Source: Felis catus
Lineage: Eukaryota
Length of the DNA stretch: 64,000 bases
Assembly: GCF_018350175.1 (NCBI RefSeq)
Contig: NC_058368.1
Span: 35,900,001 to 35,964,000, forward strand
Reading direction: 5' to 3'
In this document: one piece after another, positions 12,451 to 25,878 of the stretch
Layout of the letters: each line of letters opens with the position of its first letter
Position numbering within the stretch: position 1 is the stretch's first letter
Translations under genes and position numbers: made by a program
Notes under the pieces: generated by a model
What the model was told of the DNA's origin: nothing
What the model saw: the letters and a program-made list of their open reading frames with translations, nothing else
Databases searched by the model: none

Positions 12451-15400
12451 AGGAGTGGGTGTTGTTATCACTGTCCCATAAAAGAGGAGGGTAAGAGAGA
12501 GAAATAGATCAAAGGCAGTGCAATCTAATTTGTTATATTCTTCTAAATAGAGGAGTGATTAAAACCATTGGCCTATTTAGATGTATCAATTTCCAAAAAT
12601 GCTGGAAAGCTGAAAGCACCAATGCACAAAACTAGAATATGCACCATTATGGAAAATAATCTAAGTTTTATGATATCTGCAGAGGACAGGGTAATTGTCA
12701 AAGCCTTTATGAAAGCAAGTACACACATTAATTGCCTATCTGTTGAGATTGGCAGAGACATTCCCAAGTAGTATTTATGTAATATGCATTTCCTCTAAAA
12801 TGGAGGCCTAATTGCTTAGTTATTCTAAATTGCAGAATGGAAAACAAAGGAGCCGTTTTGGCCATGTGGGTAAACAACAGATTTCTAAAAGCTAATTATC
12901 TCTTTATTTAATAGACTGAAGTTGTACCAAATGAGACATTTAAGTCTAATAAATAATAAACAAATTGTAACCTAAAGACTGAAATATAGGAGCTGCTCAT
13001 ATAGTTTTTATTGCTCCATTAAATAAGCTCTTATTTACTTCCCCCACAAAACATAATTATACAACACTGGGTCCATTTCAAGGCCATTCTGATGTGCTAT
13101 TTAAAAATTATGTGAATCAACTTACATACTCAGGAAGTCTTAAGGCATAATATTTGAATTCTATTATCAAATGCCCTATTCGTTTCCATGATTAAGAAAC
13201 AAATGCAGTCTCGAAAAACTTGCACATAATCACATAAAATTGCTATTACTATTTGTCTTACTAGAAATGATTACACATAAGAATAGCTATGCACTTCAAA
13301 CAAATAAATACCAGTGTCTATACTTACTAGTTTCTACATCAGATGTTTCATACTTTGGGTATCTTCTAAATTAAGATAATTCAAATTTAAACATCAACCT
13401 CAGAAAGGGTATTCAAAATTCACATACTGATTAACTAGACATCATGAAAATGTAGTTAAATGCAGTTAACTTCTTTGTTTGCTTAATGTAATACCAAATC
13501 ATTTAACAGAAATAATCAAAACTGTATATGTGAATATTTTAGAGACCTTCAGGCTAATTATTTTTAAGAAAACAAAAATCAGAAAAATGACCTTTGAATG
13601 CTGTAGTATGACAATATGAGATTCTGGGCTTTCTTAGTTTTGCTGCTGAAAAGGATTTTCAATGCTTCATTTTTCTTCTTAGGGAAATGTAGCCCACTAT
13701 TCTATTTTTATTTTCATTCTATTAACAAAAATCACATCCCAAAACGATGGTGATAATAAATAGCACACTTGAAAATAGTTACCTGCTCTTTTGCCAAGGG
13801 CAAGTAATGATTTATGGTGGATAAGAAAGAGCAGGGATTTAATTCACTCCACTACCTCAGGTGGTGATACAAGAATTTGTACATCTGTGAAAGAACACAG
13901 TTCTTATTTGCATGGTGAAAATACTAAAGCCATGAAAATGTATGCAAGGAAGCTCCCTGTGGGTTTATGATGGGGTTATGTGAACATTTTTCTCTCCCTC
14001 TATCATTCAGGGCTGCGTGCCCTACATACGAAAATAAGATAAAACCAAAAGTTCCTGGGCTAGAGAGGTGACACAGCACTAACGCAGATTCAACAATTCG
14101 CCCTTCTACATTTTTTTTGAAGAATAGGAAAGCCAAGCTGAAAACTTCTACAAAGACTGAAGCAGTACCACGCTCCATACTAAAATAGAACACCCACAAG
14201 GAAAAATAATATAAAGTTTTAACTCACAATAAGATGTTTAAAAAATAAACCATATTGGCACATATGGTACAGGATATAAACATGAACCTAGTTAATTATC
14301 CTATCAAGTTCTGAGGAGTTTTATAACCAGTGTTTTAAATTAGTAAGTTCCATATACATTCACATTCTTAGTTCTCTAACACCAAATTTTGTCACCACCA
14401 CCCACCAGGCCAGCCAGTCCCCATCTCTATCTTATTATCCTGTCTTGTTTTACTTCATAGGACTTTTTATAATTTGAAATTATCTTATATATGTCGTTGT
14501 CTGATTCACTCATTACTATTATAAACTTCACTACAGCAGGGACTTATCCTTATTTATCACTGTAGTCCCAGTGTATAAATACAAAAACTATTTTTGTTAA
14601 ATAAAACAAAAGTGACCTATTAAATTTCTTTTCTACATCAATGAAATGGAAAATCATAGCACTTATATGTTTCATAGTAATAATACAAGGTTTCCATTAA
14701 AGATGGTATTTGTCAAGTGTAGAAATTGCATAAAATACGGTGTATCTGTTAAGAGTGTCAAAAATGGATATTTTGCATAAGAATATTTGCAGTAATTAAA
14801 AGTGCTAACTAAGTTGACATACTACTTTATTAACTTCTACTTCATAAAGCCTCCAAATGTTATAGAACTCATGATTTGACAAAAAATACATTCTACATCT
14901 ACTATGGAAAGTAAAAAGTTATTGCATATTTTATACTATTTTTAAATATGAAAAAGGTAGCAACAAATAATAATATATTTAATACTTATATGACTAACGA
15001 CTATAGCAGCTATATTAAAAGACTGAATACTTTGTCCCTGTATATTAACAATCTTCTTATGTTTGGAGGAAAACTAAAGACCATTCAGAATAATCATCAT
15101 TTATTAGCATTTTACAAGAGGTGTTTCACTTTGGTGAGAATATTACATGATTAGGTGCTATGAAATAGCACCGAGATTCTTTAAAACTCCACAAGCTACA
15201 GAGAAAAAAAAAAAATCAAAGTTGACTTCCAAAATTTTAAAATGTTTTTAAAAGAAAGAAAATCTTTTCAAAAGTAGCTTCCTATATGAAAGCTTTCTTT
15301 TGTATCAAATATTTTATCATCTTGTATCAAATGACTTTCTGATTAAATCTATTAAAATATTCACATATAATATACAGTATTTAAAGATGTATTGTCTTAA

Positions 15401-15608
15401 AGTATTTGTTTAATAACATCTATATAAAGTGACGGTACCCTATCTTTTGAAGAAAAGTCTCCTGGAAAATGTCCAAATTTCTGGAATACAGGGACCTTAG
15501 TAACTAAGGTTTTTGGGGAACTTTCATCAAGTGAGAGCCCTACACTTATGCGAGACCCAGATCATGTTTGGGAAGATATACTATAAAGTTTTATAAAGTA
15601 ATCCAACA

Positions 15609-15817
15609 GGGGCACCTGGGTGGTTCAGTTGGTTAAGCATCTGATTTCGGCTCAGGTCATGATCTCACAGTTGGTTAATTCAAGCCCTGCATTCAGCTCT
15701 CTGCTGTCAGCACAAAGCCTGCTTTGGATCCTCTGTCCCTCTGTCTCTGTCCCTCCCCCGCCTGTGCAGGCTCTCTCTCTCTCTCTCTCTTTCTCCAAAA
15801 CAAACATTGAAAAAAAA
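15609..15817 (+). mobile_element. CanSINE
   Basis: TSD ataaagtaatccaaca (15593-15608) / ataaagtaatccaata (15818-15833). Confidence 0.93.
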
Positions 15818-15946
15818 ATAAAGTAATCCAATAGGTCAAATAAGATGAGCTCTATGATTCACAAAGATGCAAGAGAAACCTTCCTTTAAGTTTATTTTTA
15901 AAAAGTTAAAATCTACTTTAACAATTTAGAAAAGTATTGTCCTCTT

Positions 15947-16672
15947 AGGAATGCAAACTGGTATAGCCTCTGTAGGAAAGAGTATGGATGTTCCTCAAAA
16001 AGTTAAAAATAGAACTATCTATGATCCAGTAATCAACACTACTGGGTATTTATCCAAAACATTAATTCAGAGGGACACACACACACCTCTATGTTTACTG
16101 CATTATTTACAATAGCCAAACCATGGAAACTGCCCAAGGGTCCATCGCTAGATGAATGGACAAAGAAGTGGTGTATGTATGTGTTCATGTATGTGTTCAT
16201 GTGCTCACACATATATGCATACATTCTTTTTTAGGCTTTTTAATAATATTCCATTGTATATAATGAATATTATTCAGCTATAAGAAAGAATGAAATCTTG
16301 CCATTTGCAATACATAGATGGAGCTAGACAGTATAATGCTAAACAAAATTAGAGAAAGACAAATACCATACGATTTCTCTCATATGTGGAATTTAAGAAA
16401 CAAACAATGAGCGAAGAAAAAAGAACACAGAGAGAGAGAGACAGAGAGCGTGAGCGAGAACAGCAAACCAAGCAACAGATTCTTAACTATAGAGAACTGA
16501 CGGTTAACAGAAGGGAGGTGAGTGGGGGAGGGGTTAAGTAAGTAATGGAGATTAAGGAGTGCACTTGTGATGAACACTGGGTGATGTATGAAATTGTTGA
16601 ATCGCTATATTGTACACCGGAAGCTGATATAACACTTTATGTTAACTATACTTAAAAGAAAAGAAAAAACAA
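15947..16672 (+). mobile_element. 5'-truncated carnivore L1 (end of ORF2 and 3'UTR)
   Basis: ggaatgcaaactggtatagcc...aaaaatagaacta...gatgaatggacaaagaag...tatgttaactatac then an A-rich tail; tgtcctc occurs on both flanks. Confidence 0.9.
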
Positions 16673-16899
16673 AAATGTCCTCAATACAAAATTACTTATC
16701 TGAAATAAACACAAACCAATTATTAACCATAATTATTAATGATAATTATAACCATAATTGATTTGGTAAATTTCAGAAATAGACCCTAGTCTATGAATGA
16801 TTAAGAATTATATTTAAGTGGAACAGAATAGTATTATGAATATCTGAAGCTAAAAAAATTTGAAGTGGATATAAAATTGCTGTAAAGATGACTTTCTAA

Positions 16900-17720
16900 A
16901 CTTGAGCAAGCAAAAGTTATAACAAAATTATAGAAAATGAAACATTTTTATATTTCAAACTATAAAAATCAAAAGCCAAATTGAGGAAATATATTTAAAA
17001 GGTAAATACTGAGGCACAATGAGCTGATGTGTGTAAATCATTAAAAACAAGACAAATGCAACACAGTTCACAAAGAAGGAAATACAAATGGACTAATAAA
17101 CACTTGAAAAAATGTTCAACTTTAGTAGCACTCAGAGAAATGTAAATTAAGACAAAACATAATTTTCTAATTTATTAAATTAACAAAAATCTTTAAAAAA
17201 ATGAGAATATTCAACCGAAGAATATTCATAAACTAACAGCTTTAAAAGTTGGTGAAATTAGAATATACTTTCAGAAATCAATTTGGCAACATGCATCAAA
17301 AAGTCTTAAAACTATCCTTTTCTATTCCATATCCTAATAATTATGAATATTTGTCAATCATTTATACATAAATGTATAACATTGAAAAGATAGAAATAAT
17401 TATTGTTCTATGACCTCATTACTGACTAATGCAAAATAAATTAGACATGGCATATCCAGGTATTACAAATTACAGATTAAGAACCACAAGAATAACAGGA
17501 AACATTGAGAAAGTTCAGTGAGATGCTAAACAACATATTTACTCTATCATATAACTGTTTTTAAAAGGTAGAAAATTTTAAAACTGAAAGAAAAATGTGC
17601 CAAAATATTAAAAGTGATTTTTTTTGGATAGGAGGATTATCGATAATGATCTTTTGGTCAACCACTTTTTAAGTGTTTTCTGTAACACAAAAGTATTATT
17701 TTTTAAGTTGGAAAAATAAA
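16900..17720 (+). mobile_element. Ancient L1 (L1M/L1ME-like) 3' fragment
   Basis: cagttcacaaagaaggaaatacaaatggactaataaacacttgaaaaaatgttcaac...agagaaatgtaaattaagacaa is decayed L1 ORF2 3' sequence. Confidence 0.65.
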
Positions 17721-18486
17721 ATAAACTTAGCTATTCTTAAAAATGAAATGCCTTCAGGAAAAATGTAAATTTGAAAGAAAACATTATTGAGATTACATTG
17801 GATCTAACATATTCTTAAAATTTTTGCTTCCTATCAGGTTTTAACTTTCCAGATTGATAGAATAGAGAATTGCTGAGAGGCTCAGTATGATAGACCAGGG
17901 GATCTGGGCAAAATCCACAAACAGTACAGCCAATTTACCATCATATAAGTCATCTAAATGACTCTGGCCAATACTAAAGGAGCCAGTGTTCAACTACCAG
18001 AATGTTTGGTAAATTAGGCAGTATTCAATTATTTTAAAATGATTTCCAGAAGCATATTCTTAAAATCAATGTTAAACCTTTCTGATCTCCATTTTAGTTA
18101 AAACTTTAAGAAATTTTTGAGAATACTTCCTGAATTTCAAGCGTACTCTTCCAAACAAGAAATTGTGCTTACGATTATTTTTTTCTCCTGGAAGAAACAT
18201 GTGTGATACATTAAGGTACTCAGTTTGCTTTATTAAAGGTAAAATATGTCTGTAAAAGTGAAAGCAAAAAAGGCAAAAAGGCATCTCTGTCTACCCCCGG
18301 GGAAACTTTAGGTGAATTTGCAGCCCTGAGTTGTAAACTATGGTAATTTAGCAGTGAAGGTGATGGATTTTAATTAAAGCCTTCTGCAATCCTTAGTGGC
18401 TTAGAAGTGGAAGAGCCAAAAGTTTGAGGGAGTGAAAATGTAACTACAATTTCCTTAATTCTTTTGCTTCTAAGTTAGTGGTATCT

Positions 18487-18488
<2 letters not shown>

Positions 18489-18545
<57 letters not shown>

Positions 18546-18734
18546 AGAGAGAGAGTGCACCTGTGCACATGCGAGCAAGCAGGGGAGGGGTAGAGGGAGA
18601 GGCAGTGAGAAGCTCAAGTAGGCTCCATGCCCAGTGCGGACCCAACACGGGGCTGGATCCTGTGACCATGAGATCATGAGCTGAGCCAATATCAAGAGTC
18701 AGACGCTTAACCAACTGAGCCACCGAGGAACCTC
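18489..18734 (-). mobile_element. Older CanSINE whose tail is a (GATA)n microsatellite
   Basis: SINE body at about 18545-18734; about 14 TATC units at 18488-18543; degenerate TSD agttagtggtatcttt / agttcattgtatcttt. Confidence 0.88.
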
Positions 18735-18839
18735 AGTTCATTGTATCTTTCAGCTTTGGAATATATACATATATATATACACACATATATATATGTAAAT
18801 ATGTATATGTAAAACTGTAAAGCTGTTACTTTTCTATTT

Positions 18840-19350
18840 TTAATTTTTTTCCAAGAGTTTTTACTAAAGAAAGTTTCAAAATATACAAAAGTAGAGCAAA
18901 TGAGACAGTGAACACACCCTTCCCGTTAAGCACCCATCACCCAACTTTGGCAATTACTATTTATCACCAATCTTGTTTCATATACAAATTCCCCTCTACA
19001 AATTTCATCTACAAATATCCATTAATTCCCCAGTCATGCTAGAGTATTTTGATTGAAATCTCAGACATATTTTTGTTTATAAAATTTCAGTATAAGCCTC
19101 TACAACATACTTTAAAATATATTCACAACAACATTGTCCTGTCTACAGGGGAAACATAATATTCAAACTTTTCAGACTCCCTTTGTCTACATTTTTTTGG
19201 ATTAGAATATATGTAAGTTTCATTTATGACAACTGATTGATAAATCTCTTAAGACTCTTTTAAATCAATACATTTTCCCTTCATCACTTTTTCCCTCCCT
19301 TAGAGTATCTTGTTGAAAAAATACTAGTTACTTGTCCAATAGAATTGACC
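18840..19350 (-). mobile_element. Ancient L1MC-like 3' end
   Basis: tttcaaaatatacaaaagtagag...cccatcacccaact...ccaatcttgtttcat...gagtattttg...aatctcagacat resembles reversed L1MC4/5 3' ends. Confidence 0.55.
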
Positions 19351-19671
19351 CCTTTTCTATAGTTGTTAATTTATTGGTTGCCATAAATTATTACAGATTC
19401 GTTATTGATGTAGCAGTCAAGAGAGTGGGAATACTCTGGAACTACAAGAGTAGACCAGAGGACCAATATCACCTATGACCAATGACCAGTTAGAATAAAA
19501 GCATTACTTGTTACTAACAAGTAAACTAAAGGAGGAAAGCCCATTATTTAAAAAAAAAAAAAAAATGCTCTACATTTTAACTATACAAATAAGTGACCGT
19601 ATCTTCTTTTTTTCACTGAAGTTTATTAAACTTCTAATAAAGGTACAAATTGCAAATTTGACAGTACTCAC

Positions 19672-19807
19672 CAGTCTTCATTTCTAACAAGCGCTTTTTC
19701 TTTTGTTGGCGTGCAAGTCTTTCTTTCTCTGCTAATTCTTTGGCTATTTGGGCACGTTTTTCCCTTTCCTCTGCTTCTCTTTTTTTGATGTTCTCCTTTC
19801 TTGCTTG
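19672..19807 (-). CDS. DIAPH3: DIAPH3 internal coding exon, 136 nt (helical/basic segment just before the DAD); probably orthologous to human exon 25
   Basis: Minus strand reads ...tttgtttgtaacag|CAAGCAAGA...ATGAAGACTG|gtgagt. Translation: QARKENIKKREAEEREKRAQIAKELAEKERLARQQKKKRLLEMKT plus 1 nt. It continues the frame from ...FRTTFM. Confidence 0.96.
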
Positions 19808-20789
19808 CTGTTACAAACAAATTTTGAAAAATGATCAATTTTAACCACAGTGATTTCACAAAGAGAATGGAAAATTATTAATCTGTAGAGCTGTGATTAA
19901 ATATCTTTTAGATAATGGCTACTTCTAATATTAGTAACAGTCTTTTAAAAGATTAGCACATGAACCCTTGCTAAATATGGATCTATAAATACAACTTATG
20001 TTTAAAGCACCTGCATCTTAGTAGAATCAACTAAGAGAAGGGAGACGAAACTAAAAATAAAAAAAGCACTTAATTGACAAATCAAAACTGTTGCCCTATA
20101 TATATTTCCAAGAGGGTCTAGCAAATGTATTTGAGTCTTCCATACATCCTCTGCTAGGTAAAATATTGAGTACAAAAAAAGCAATTGGAGAAATGATAGA
20201 AAAGAGCTAAAAGTTTGCAAGGACTGTTTCATATAATAATCAATCATTTAATGATTTCCTCTCAGATAAAGACAAGTGTCATAGGATGACTAGAGGAATA
20301 TTTGGCCTTTCAAAGTCAGACCTCTGAGTTCTCATCAAAGTCACCAAGTCACAATTATGGGATCTCAATAGGTATGTGATTTAATTCCTTATTTTCTAAG
20401 TTTTATACAAATCAAGAAACACCTCTCATTTGTCATTAGTGGGAATTAAGAGGTAAACAAGGATTTTTTATGTGCCAACAGCATAGCTCATGCTACAATC
20501 TCCTATGTTCTCAGTAGCAATGAATTCAAACAAGCTACCTAATTGCTAGTTTATCACTAATGGTATTAAATAGAAAGTGCACAACAAAACTTTAACAAGT
20601 AGGTGGCTTTTTTTATTTGGGAGGAAACTTTCAGTTTTCTACTGTCATAGCCTTGTTTTTGTAAACCCTAGAGATAGTGCACGTTCTTCACTAGAAATCA
20701 AATAGCAAAATTTAAAATTATTGACCAAAACAATGAAAAGCACATGGGAAAAGAGGAGAAAACAAAAATCCTTGAGGCAATATTAATTC

Positions 20790-21380
20790 ATACATCTAGC
20801 CCTTCATTCAAGAAATACTGAGACACTGAGTGGTAAGTGGTATTATTCCAAGCATTTGACATATATATGTGTGTGTGTATACATATATATATACACACAC
20901 ACACATATATATATATGATTTATAATATACATGCATATGCACATACACAATTCTAAAACAAGTTCTATATTCTGTGTGATAGGGTGGTACAGGAAGCAAA
21001 GACAGAAAATAATATGAAAATTTTGAAAAAATTGTATCATGAAAAAAAAGAGTGATGTGATAGAAGGCTTGGGGGGGGGGAGTTACTTCATATTAAGTGG
21101 TATAGATAAGGCCTATATCAGATAAGACCCCACTCACTGATTTCATTGATGCTGAAACTTCAATATCAAGAAGCTAGCTAGGTGATGATCTGGGGGAGAT
21201 CAAACGCAAAGGCTGTTGGTAGGTTTGAGAGACAGAAGGCCAGTATGGTGGTATAAGATGAGGTCAGGAGCTGTGCCAGATCATTTAGAGTCTTCTAGGC
21301 TAAGATAGGGAAGGTTGGACTTTCTTTTAAGGGAACCAGAAAACAACTGGAAATTTTCAAGTAAGAGAATGCAAGACTAA
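20790..21380 (-). mobile_element. L2 relic with an embedded (TA/CA)n tract
   Basis: cattcaagaaatactgagacact...gatgaggtcagg...ccagatcatttagagtctt...gttggacttttctttt is reversed L2 3' sequence. Confidence 0.55.
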
Positions 21381-22878
21381 GCACTCTAAGATACAAGTGC
21401 TAACCAACCACCTTTGTTCCAAAAAGTAGGATCTCCCTCTTAAGCAAATGGATTTGTTCACTGTCTAGTGTGTAAACTGAGGCAAAGGTTGGGCAGTCTT
21501 ATTAGCTCTTAAAAAAGATTGGGTTTCCCAAGTTCAAGATTTTCCTCCAGTAATACAAACCACTGTGTATGTAGGTATTAAATCTGGCCTTCTTCACATT
21601 TCCCTGTGGGAATTTAGACTCAGGAATGAACAAAGAACTGTTTACTATGGCTGTTGCTATAATAAATTCTGTGACTCTATAGTCTTGTGTTTTCTGCCAA
21701 CGTCCATGAAACAATGGCAGGCTAACAAGGTAAATTCTCCTACTCCTCACAGTTCATGACATATATTAATACTATTACTGCTAAGCTATGAAATAGCAGC
21801 TGCAGTAATAGGTGCTTTCCCATGCAATCCCTCCAATCCTCAGAATGGGTTCTGCATTTTCCACTTGGCACTGGCTGGTTAAATAGTTGTTCACTACAAT
21901 GATTTCTGTAAGAGGCAGAGGCAAGACTTGAAAGCTAGGGGTAGTCTATGTTCTTTCCACCATGCTGCTTCATATTACGGGAGCATATGTTAGGCACAAA
22001 GTATACAACAATAGCCACTATAAGAATTGACATAAGGAAGGTAGGAGAAGGCCACATAAAAGTAGAAAAGAAGTGTGTTTTCAAAGACGAACATGTATAC
22101 ACATCCATGTGTGTACATGCGCACACATGGGTACCCACGTTTGTATATGTAACAAAGATTGAGTAGAAAGACCGGATCGTGGTGGAGAAAAAAACAAGCA
22201 AATATTCAAGTGTCAAAACTGTACTTCTTGCTTGAGGGAAATAAATAAGAGGAACCTGCAATAGATAAAAAAAGTATCATGTAGCTTATTTGTGAAACTT
22301 AAAGTACAAAATTTTCTGATGTAAATTTTCTACTTTAATGACTGGATGCATTTCAATGAGCACATTTAAAAGACAACTTATTAGCAGACATAATTGCCAC
22401 ACCCTTTTAGTATTCCATTGGGCAGTAAAAAGTCAAAATTACTTCCTAGGACCTATAAAATAATGTTTACATTTAGAAATAAGGTCTGAAGTAATTCTTA
22501 AAGTTATTTTACTTTATGGAAAATACACTATTGATTTTCATTTAAAAGCCAATCTCATTTAAAGCATATCTTCTTCTGACATTATAACTATTAGAAGAAT
22601 TTTAGCTGGAAAAATACCAACAGACAGCACAGAGATAGGTATTTAGTCTGAAACTAATATCCCAGTTCAAACAGTAATTTGGAATTTTCTTTATTCTAAA
22701 TGTTGAGAAGCAAAAGTAGCCAAAACGGAGAGATGAACAGTTAGAGAACCGCATTATTCTAGATACAATTTCCTCTTAGTTACGTCAATTCTACATTCCA
22801 AACTAGAAAGCAAAATTAGAGAAGAGGTATACATAAAGATGGCTAGCTCTAAGACATTGATTTGTTTAATAATCTTAT

Positions 22879-23085
22879 TTTATTTTCTTAATGTTTATTT
22901 ATTTTTGAGAGAGACAGAGATAGAATGCGAGTGGGTTAGGGGCAGAGAGAGAAAGAGACACAGAATCCGAAGCAGGCACCAGGCTCCGAGCTGTCATTAC
23001 AGAGCCCAACATGGGGCTCGAACTTACAAGCTGCGAGATCATGACCTGAGGCGACGCTCAACCGACTGAGCCACCCAGGCACCCC
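22879..23085 (-). mobile_element. CanSINE
   Basis: TSD aataatcttat (22868-22878) / aatcatcttat (23086-23096). Confidence 0.92.
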
Positions 23086-23094
23086 AATCATCTT

Positions 23095-23235
23095 ATGTAT
23101 GTATGTATGTATGTATGTATGTATGTATGTATGTATGTATGTATGTTTTTAGTATAGTTGACACAGTGTTACATTAGTTTCAGGTGTACAACTTAGTTAT
23201 TTGACAAGTTTACATATATTATGCTATATTCACCT
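23095..23235 (-). mobile_element. Short L1 3' end with a (TATG)n tail
   Basis: (ATGT)n at 23095-23146, then tagtatagttgacacagtgttacattagtttcaggtgtacaac, the reverse complement of the L1 terminus at about 33900-33960. Confidence 0.8.
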
Positions 23236-24818
23236 TATTCTTAATGCAGCTTTTTATTTAGTAAATTGGCAAATTAATTGCACTGCCACCAACTACTTTC
23301 AGCTATGCAATGCCAAAAAAACTTTCTTTAGGTGCTTGCAGATCGTCCCAGATAGAGCCCGGTACATGCTCCTGTCTGAAAGATCTATGGGCTTACCAGT
23401 CTACAGCAATGACCACAGAGGGTTTTAAAACTTCAGTCACATTTTGACTGTTCAATTCAAAGGCATAATCAATAATTTACCTGAGTTCCTAAGGCTCACA
23501 TGTATTTTATGGTAACAGCAAACTCTAAACTATCTACATAAAAATACACAGGTATGTTAATAACTATGTGTATAAAAACATATAGATATGTCAATATACG
23601 TGCATATGTGTGTGTATATTCTGAAAGAAAATGAGTTCACGATTATTTCCTACCTATAATTTACGTTTTCTGCATAGCAAATGTAACAACAAGAACTTTG
23701 CCACAACTAGTTTAAATATACATTATAGCATCATACATTTTGTCTCAGAGAAACCAAAATGACCCAAAGCCAGTGAATTTCAATGAATGTGCACACGTGT
23801 ATTGAATTTAGAACAGCCTGGCAGAGTGTAATCCTTCCTAAGTTGTGGCTATTCTCATAAACATTATCTTTGAGTTTATAAACAAATTCCATCATCTTTA
23901 TTATAAACTTCTGTGACTTGATTTTTCCACTCAACATTATATTTCTAAGATTCATTCACATTTTTATGTATAAACCGCACCTCATTTTCACTGCTTATAA
24001 TATGAAGTCATCTCCCTACTGACTCACTTATCAGTGGGATTTGAATTGCTTTGGATTTTTGACTATGACAAACGAGGCAGATACATTTTTGCTCACATCT
24101 CCCTGTGCATATGTGTATGAGTTTTTTTATGGCAGATCCCATTACTTGGTTCTTAAACCTTTTCAGAAACTGTTGACAGTGTCTTTAAGCAGAAGAGAAC
24201 AGGACATCTTAGAACGTAACACAAACAGTAAGGATATTCTTTGTTGAAGCTTTGTTTTTGTTCTAAAAGAGTGCTGGGTCCACTTATAAAATATCATTTG
24301 ACAATGTGGGTTATGACCAAAATAGTTTGAAACCCACTGCTCTCTTGGGTAGAAGTGGAGTTGATAATAAGGGGAGAAGTTCATCATCAAGCTTACTAGA
24401 TGGTGTCAAAGAGCTTCCACAGTGTGCCAAAAGATACAGCCACCATTAGTGCATAATCATAGCCTAGATACTAACCAAATTGTTATCATCAGTCTTCTAC
24501 TTGGCAGCTTATAATGGTATCCCATCGTGCTTTTAACTTGTATTTCTATGGTTACTAATTAGTTCAAGTTGCTTCTCACATGTTTATAAAACATTTCTAT
24601 TTCCTACTCTGTGAAATGCCTTTTGGATCTTTTACCCACTTTTTTGTTAGGCTGTTTATCAGTTTCTTAATTTGCAGTTCTTTAAAATATTCTGAATACG
24701 AATCTTTTGTTTGTTTTATATTTTAGATTTTAACTGTCATCATACTTCATTTACCTATGCTGTCTTTCAGTAAAGAGAAGTTGTTAAATGTAGTAAAAGG
24801 TATTTTTTTTAAGAAATT

Positions 24819-25037
24819 GGGATGCCTGGGTGGCTCAATCTGTTAAGTGTCGGACTTCGGCTCAGGTCATGATCTCATGGTTCGTGAGTTCGTGCCCCTT
24901 ATAGGGCTCTGTGCTGACAGCTCAGAGCCTGGAGCCTGCTTCAGGTTCTGTGTCTCTCTCTCTGCCCCCTCTCCCACTCACACTCTGTCTGTTTCTCTCT
25001 CTCAAATAAACATTAAAAAAAATAAAAAAAATAAAAA
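24819..25037 (+). mobile_element. CanSINE
   Basis: Typical body; short TSD aagaaat. Confidence 0.92.
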
Positions 25038-25577
25038 AAGAAATCCTTCCCTACTTCAAAGACAAAGATAATCTTCTATGCTTTCTTTTTAAGCTTTAAC
25101 AATGCTATTCACATTTTAGTACCTACTTTATCTGGAATCAATGTTTTCGAGTAGTATGAGGTGGGGATCCTATTTACTTTTTTCTATTGAAAATGAGTTG
25201 AACTGTAACATTTCACAACTAGCCTACCCTTTGCCCACTGATCAGCAAAGCCCATTCTTCTGTATTTCAAGTGGCCATATATGTGTTGATGTTTGGGGGC
25301 TGCTTTAGTCTGTTTGGTCAATATATCCATGTCTGAATCAGTAACACTCTGTCTTATTATAGCTCATATCTGATTTTCCTTCTTTAGAATTGTCTTTACT
25401 CTTTCTGGGCCTTTACTCAGCCATCTAGTTTTCAGAACAAACTTACTGAAGTTTTTGGAAAGGTCTATTAGGATTGTGAACAGAATTGCTCTGATTCTGC
25501 AGATTTAGATTAAATTGGAATCTTTATGATAGTGACTCTTTCTGTTAACAAACATGATGGGGCTCTCCATTGACTTA

Positions 25578-25878
25578 GGATATATATATAGTATATATCC
25601 TAACTTATTATATGACTTTGTGTGTATATATATATGTGTATAGGTATATATATACTTACATATATATGTGTATAGGTATATATATACTTACATATATATA
25701 TATACATATACATATATATACATATACATATATACATATACATATATACATATACATATACATAGATATACATATATATACATACACATATATATACACA
25801 TATATATACATATACATATACATGTATATATACATATACATATACATATATATATATAAGTATATAGTGTGTGTGTAT
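25578..25878. repeat. About 300-bp (TA)n/(TACA)n low-complexity repeat
   Basis: Mostly alternating purine-pyrimidine sequence; it produces the five spurious Y/I/H/M-rich ORFs. Confidence 0.95.

Noticed and set aside
1..19671. DAD-encoding exon (GVMDxLLEALQSG) and further DIAPH3 exons
   Set aside because: Not found by eye in this interval. The upstream FH2 exon (TTLLHFL) was also not found in 48373-64000. Both presumably lie outside the window.
19668..19859. 63-aa minus-strand ORF overlapping the 136-nt exon
   Set aside because: Wrong frame; the DIAPH3 frame is set by the splice sites (QARKEN...).
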